Source: Anaerolineae bacterium
Lineage (GTDB): Bacteria; Chloroflexota; Anaerolineae; Aggregatilineales; J027
DNA length: 64,000 nt
Direction of reading: 5' to 3'
Assembly: GCA_034437655.1 (NCBI GenBank)
Contig: DAOTTU010000001.1
Span: 1,017 to 65,016, forward strand
This document shows positions 63,833 to 64,000 of this stretch, piece by piece (within the stretch, counting starts at the first letter, position 1; each line of letters begins with the position of its first letter). The translations under genes and the position numbers were made by a program. The notes under the pieces are model-generated. The model made no database searches. It worked only from the letters and a program-made list of their open reading frames with translations, and was not told the origin of the DNA.

Positions 63833-64000
63833 CGCATATACTGCATACAAAATGCGCCGGGCGAGAGCACCTGCACGGGCAGTTGTTCTCGCACCGAGAG
63901 TAAATCATCATCATTGGTCACCAACACCCCACCAACCGCCACCGCCAGCGCCGCAAACTTGCGATCATCATCATCAGCCACCTGTGCATAGCGTTCTGGC
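63829..64000 (-). CDS. C-terminal part of a PIN-domain-like protein (truncated by the window edge)
   Basis: Minus-strand translation: ...ADDDDRKFAALAVAVGGVLVTNDDDLLSVREQLPVQVLSPGAFCMQYMR, then stop. The D..FLALA...LVT.D.DL pattern is typical of PIN-family toxin C-termini. It is convergent with the AKR gene and overlaps it by 4 nt. Confidence 0.4.
   Translation of the reverse strand, partial: PERYAQVADDDDRKFAALAVAVGGVLVTNDDDLLSVREQLPVQVLSPGAFCMQYMR

Overview
This 64-kb window looks like core chromosome from a filamentous anoxygenic phototroph of the Chloroflexota with a Roseiflexus-type photosystem. That assignment rests on gene content only; no database search was possible.

Gene content, in order:
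- 74-11726, minus strand: a tightly packed photosynthesis superoperon, pufB-pufA-pufLM(fused)-pufC-bchG-bchP-puhE-(alpha/beta hydrolase)-bchF-bchC-bchX-(DUF169)-(HhH membrane protein).
- 11892-19222, same strand, immediately upstream: an Alternative Complex III operon, actA-B-C-D-E. It has no actF or actG. It ends instead in two translationally coupled paralogous genes of unknown function.
- 19223-20063: an 840-bp AT-rich, repeat-bearing intergenic region separating the ACIII operon from a divergent fused sat-cysC gene.
- 23230-33439, plus strand: a complete aromatic amino-acid cluster, aroH, DAHP synthase, tyrA, aroA, aroE, aroC, fused aroK-aroB and aroQ. An LLM oxidoreductase and a GNAT gene interrupt it.
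- The remainder is housekeeping or accessory: two TPR proteins, polA, a MazG-like gene, typA, a class II aldolase, a PAP2 phosphatase, ilvD, a GlmU-like trio, msrB, a SulP permease and UDP-sugar genes. It also holds a NarL regulator plus histidine kinase plus three CheY-like receivers plus a HEAT protein. The window ends with an Mn/Zn-type ABC transporter, an aldo/keto reductase and a truncated PIN-like gene.

The most interesting signal is upstream of the aromatic cluster. An ORF absent from the supplied track (51 codons, 23280-23435) has 10 aromatic codons in a run of 12 (WQFFGFFYFYYF). An intrinsic terminator and alternative pairings follow it, giving a classical ribosome-mediated attenuator architecture.

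Other leads:
- The ACIII variant and its paralog pair.
- An unlisted pufA gene and a structured pufA-pufLM spacer.
- Both metal-transporter permeases carry C-terminal DtxR-like winged-helix domains, and one also has a 6-Cys insertion.

I saw no rRNA, tRNA, CRISPR array or transposase.
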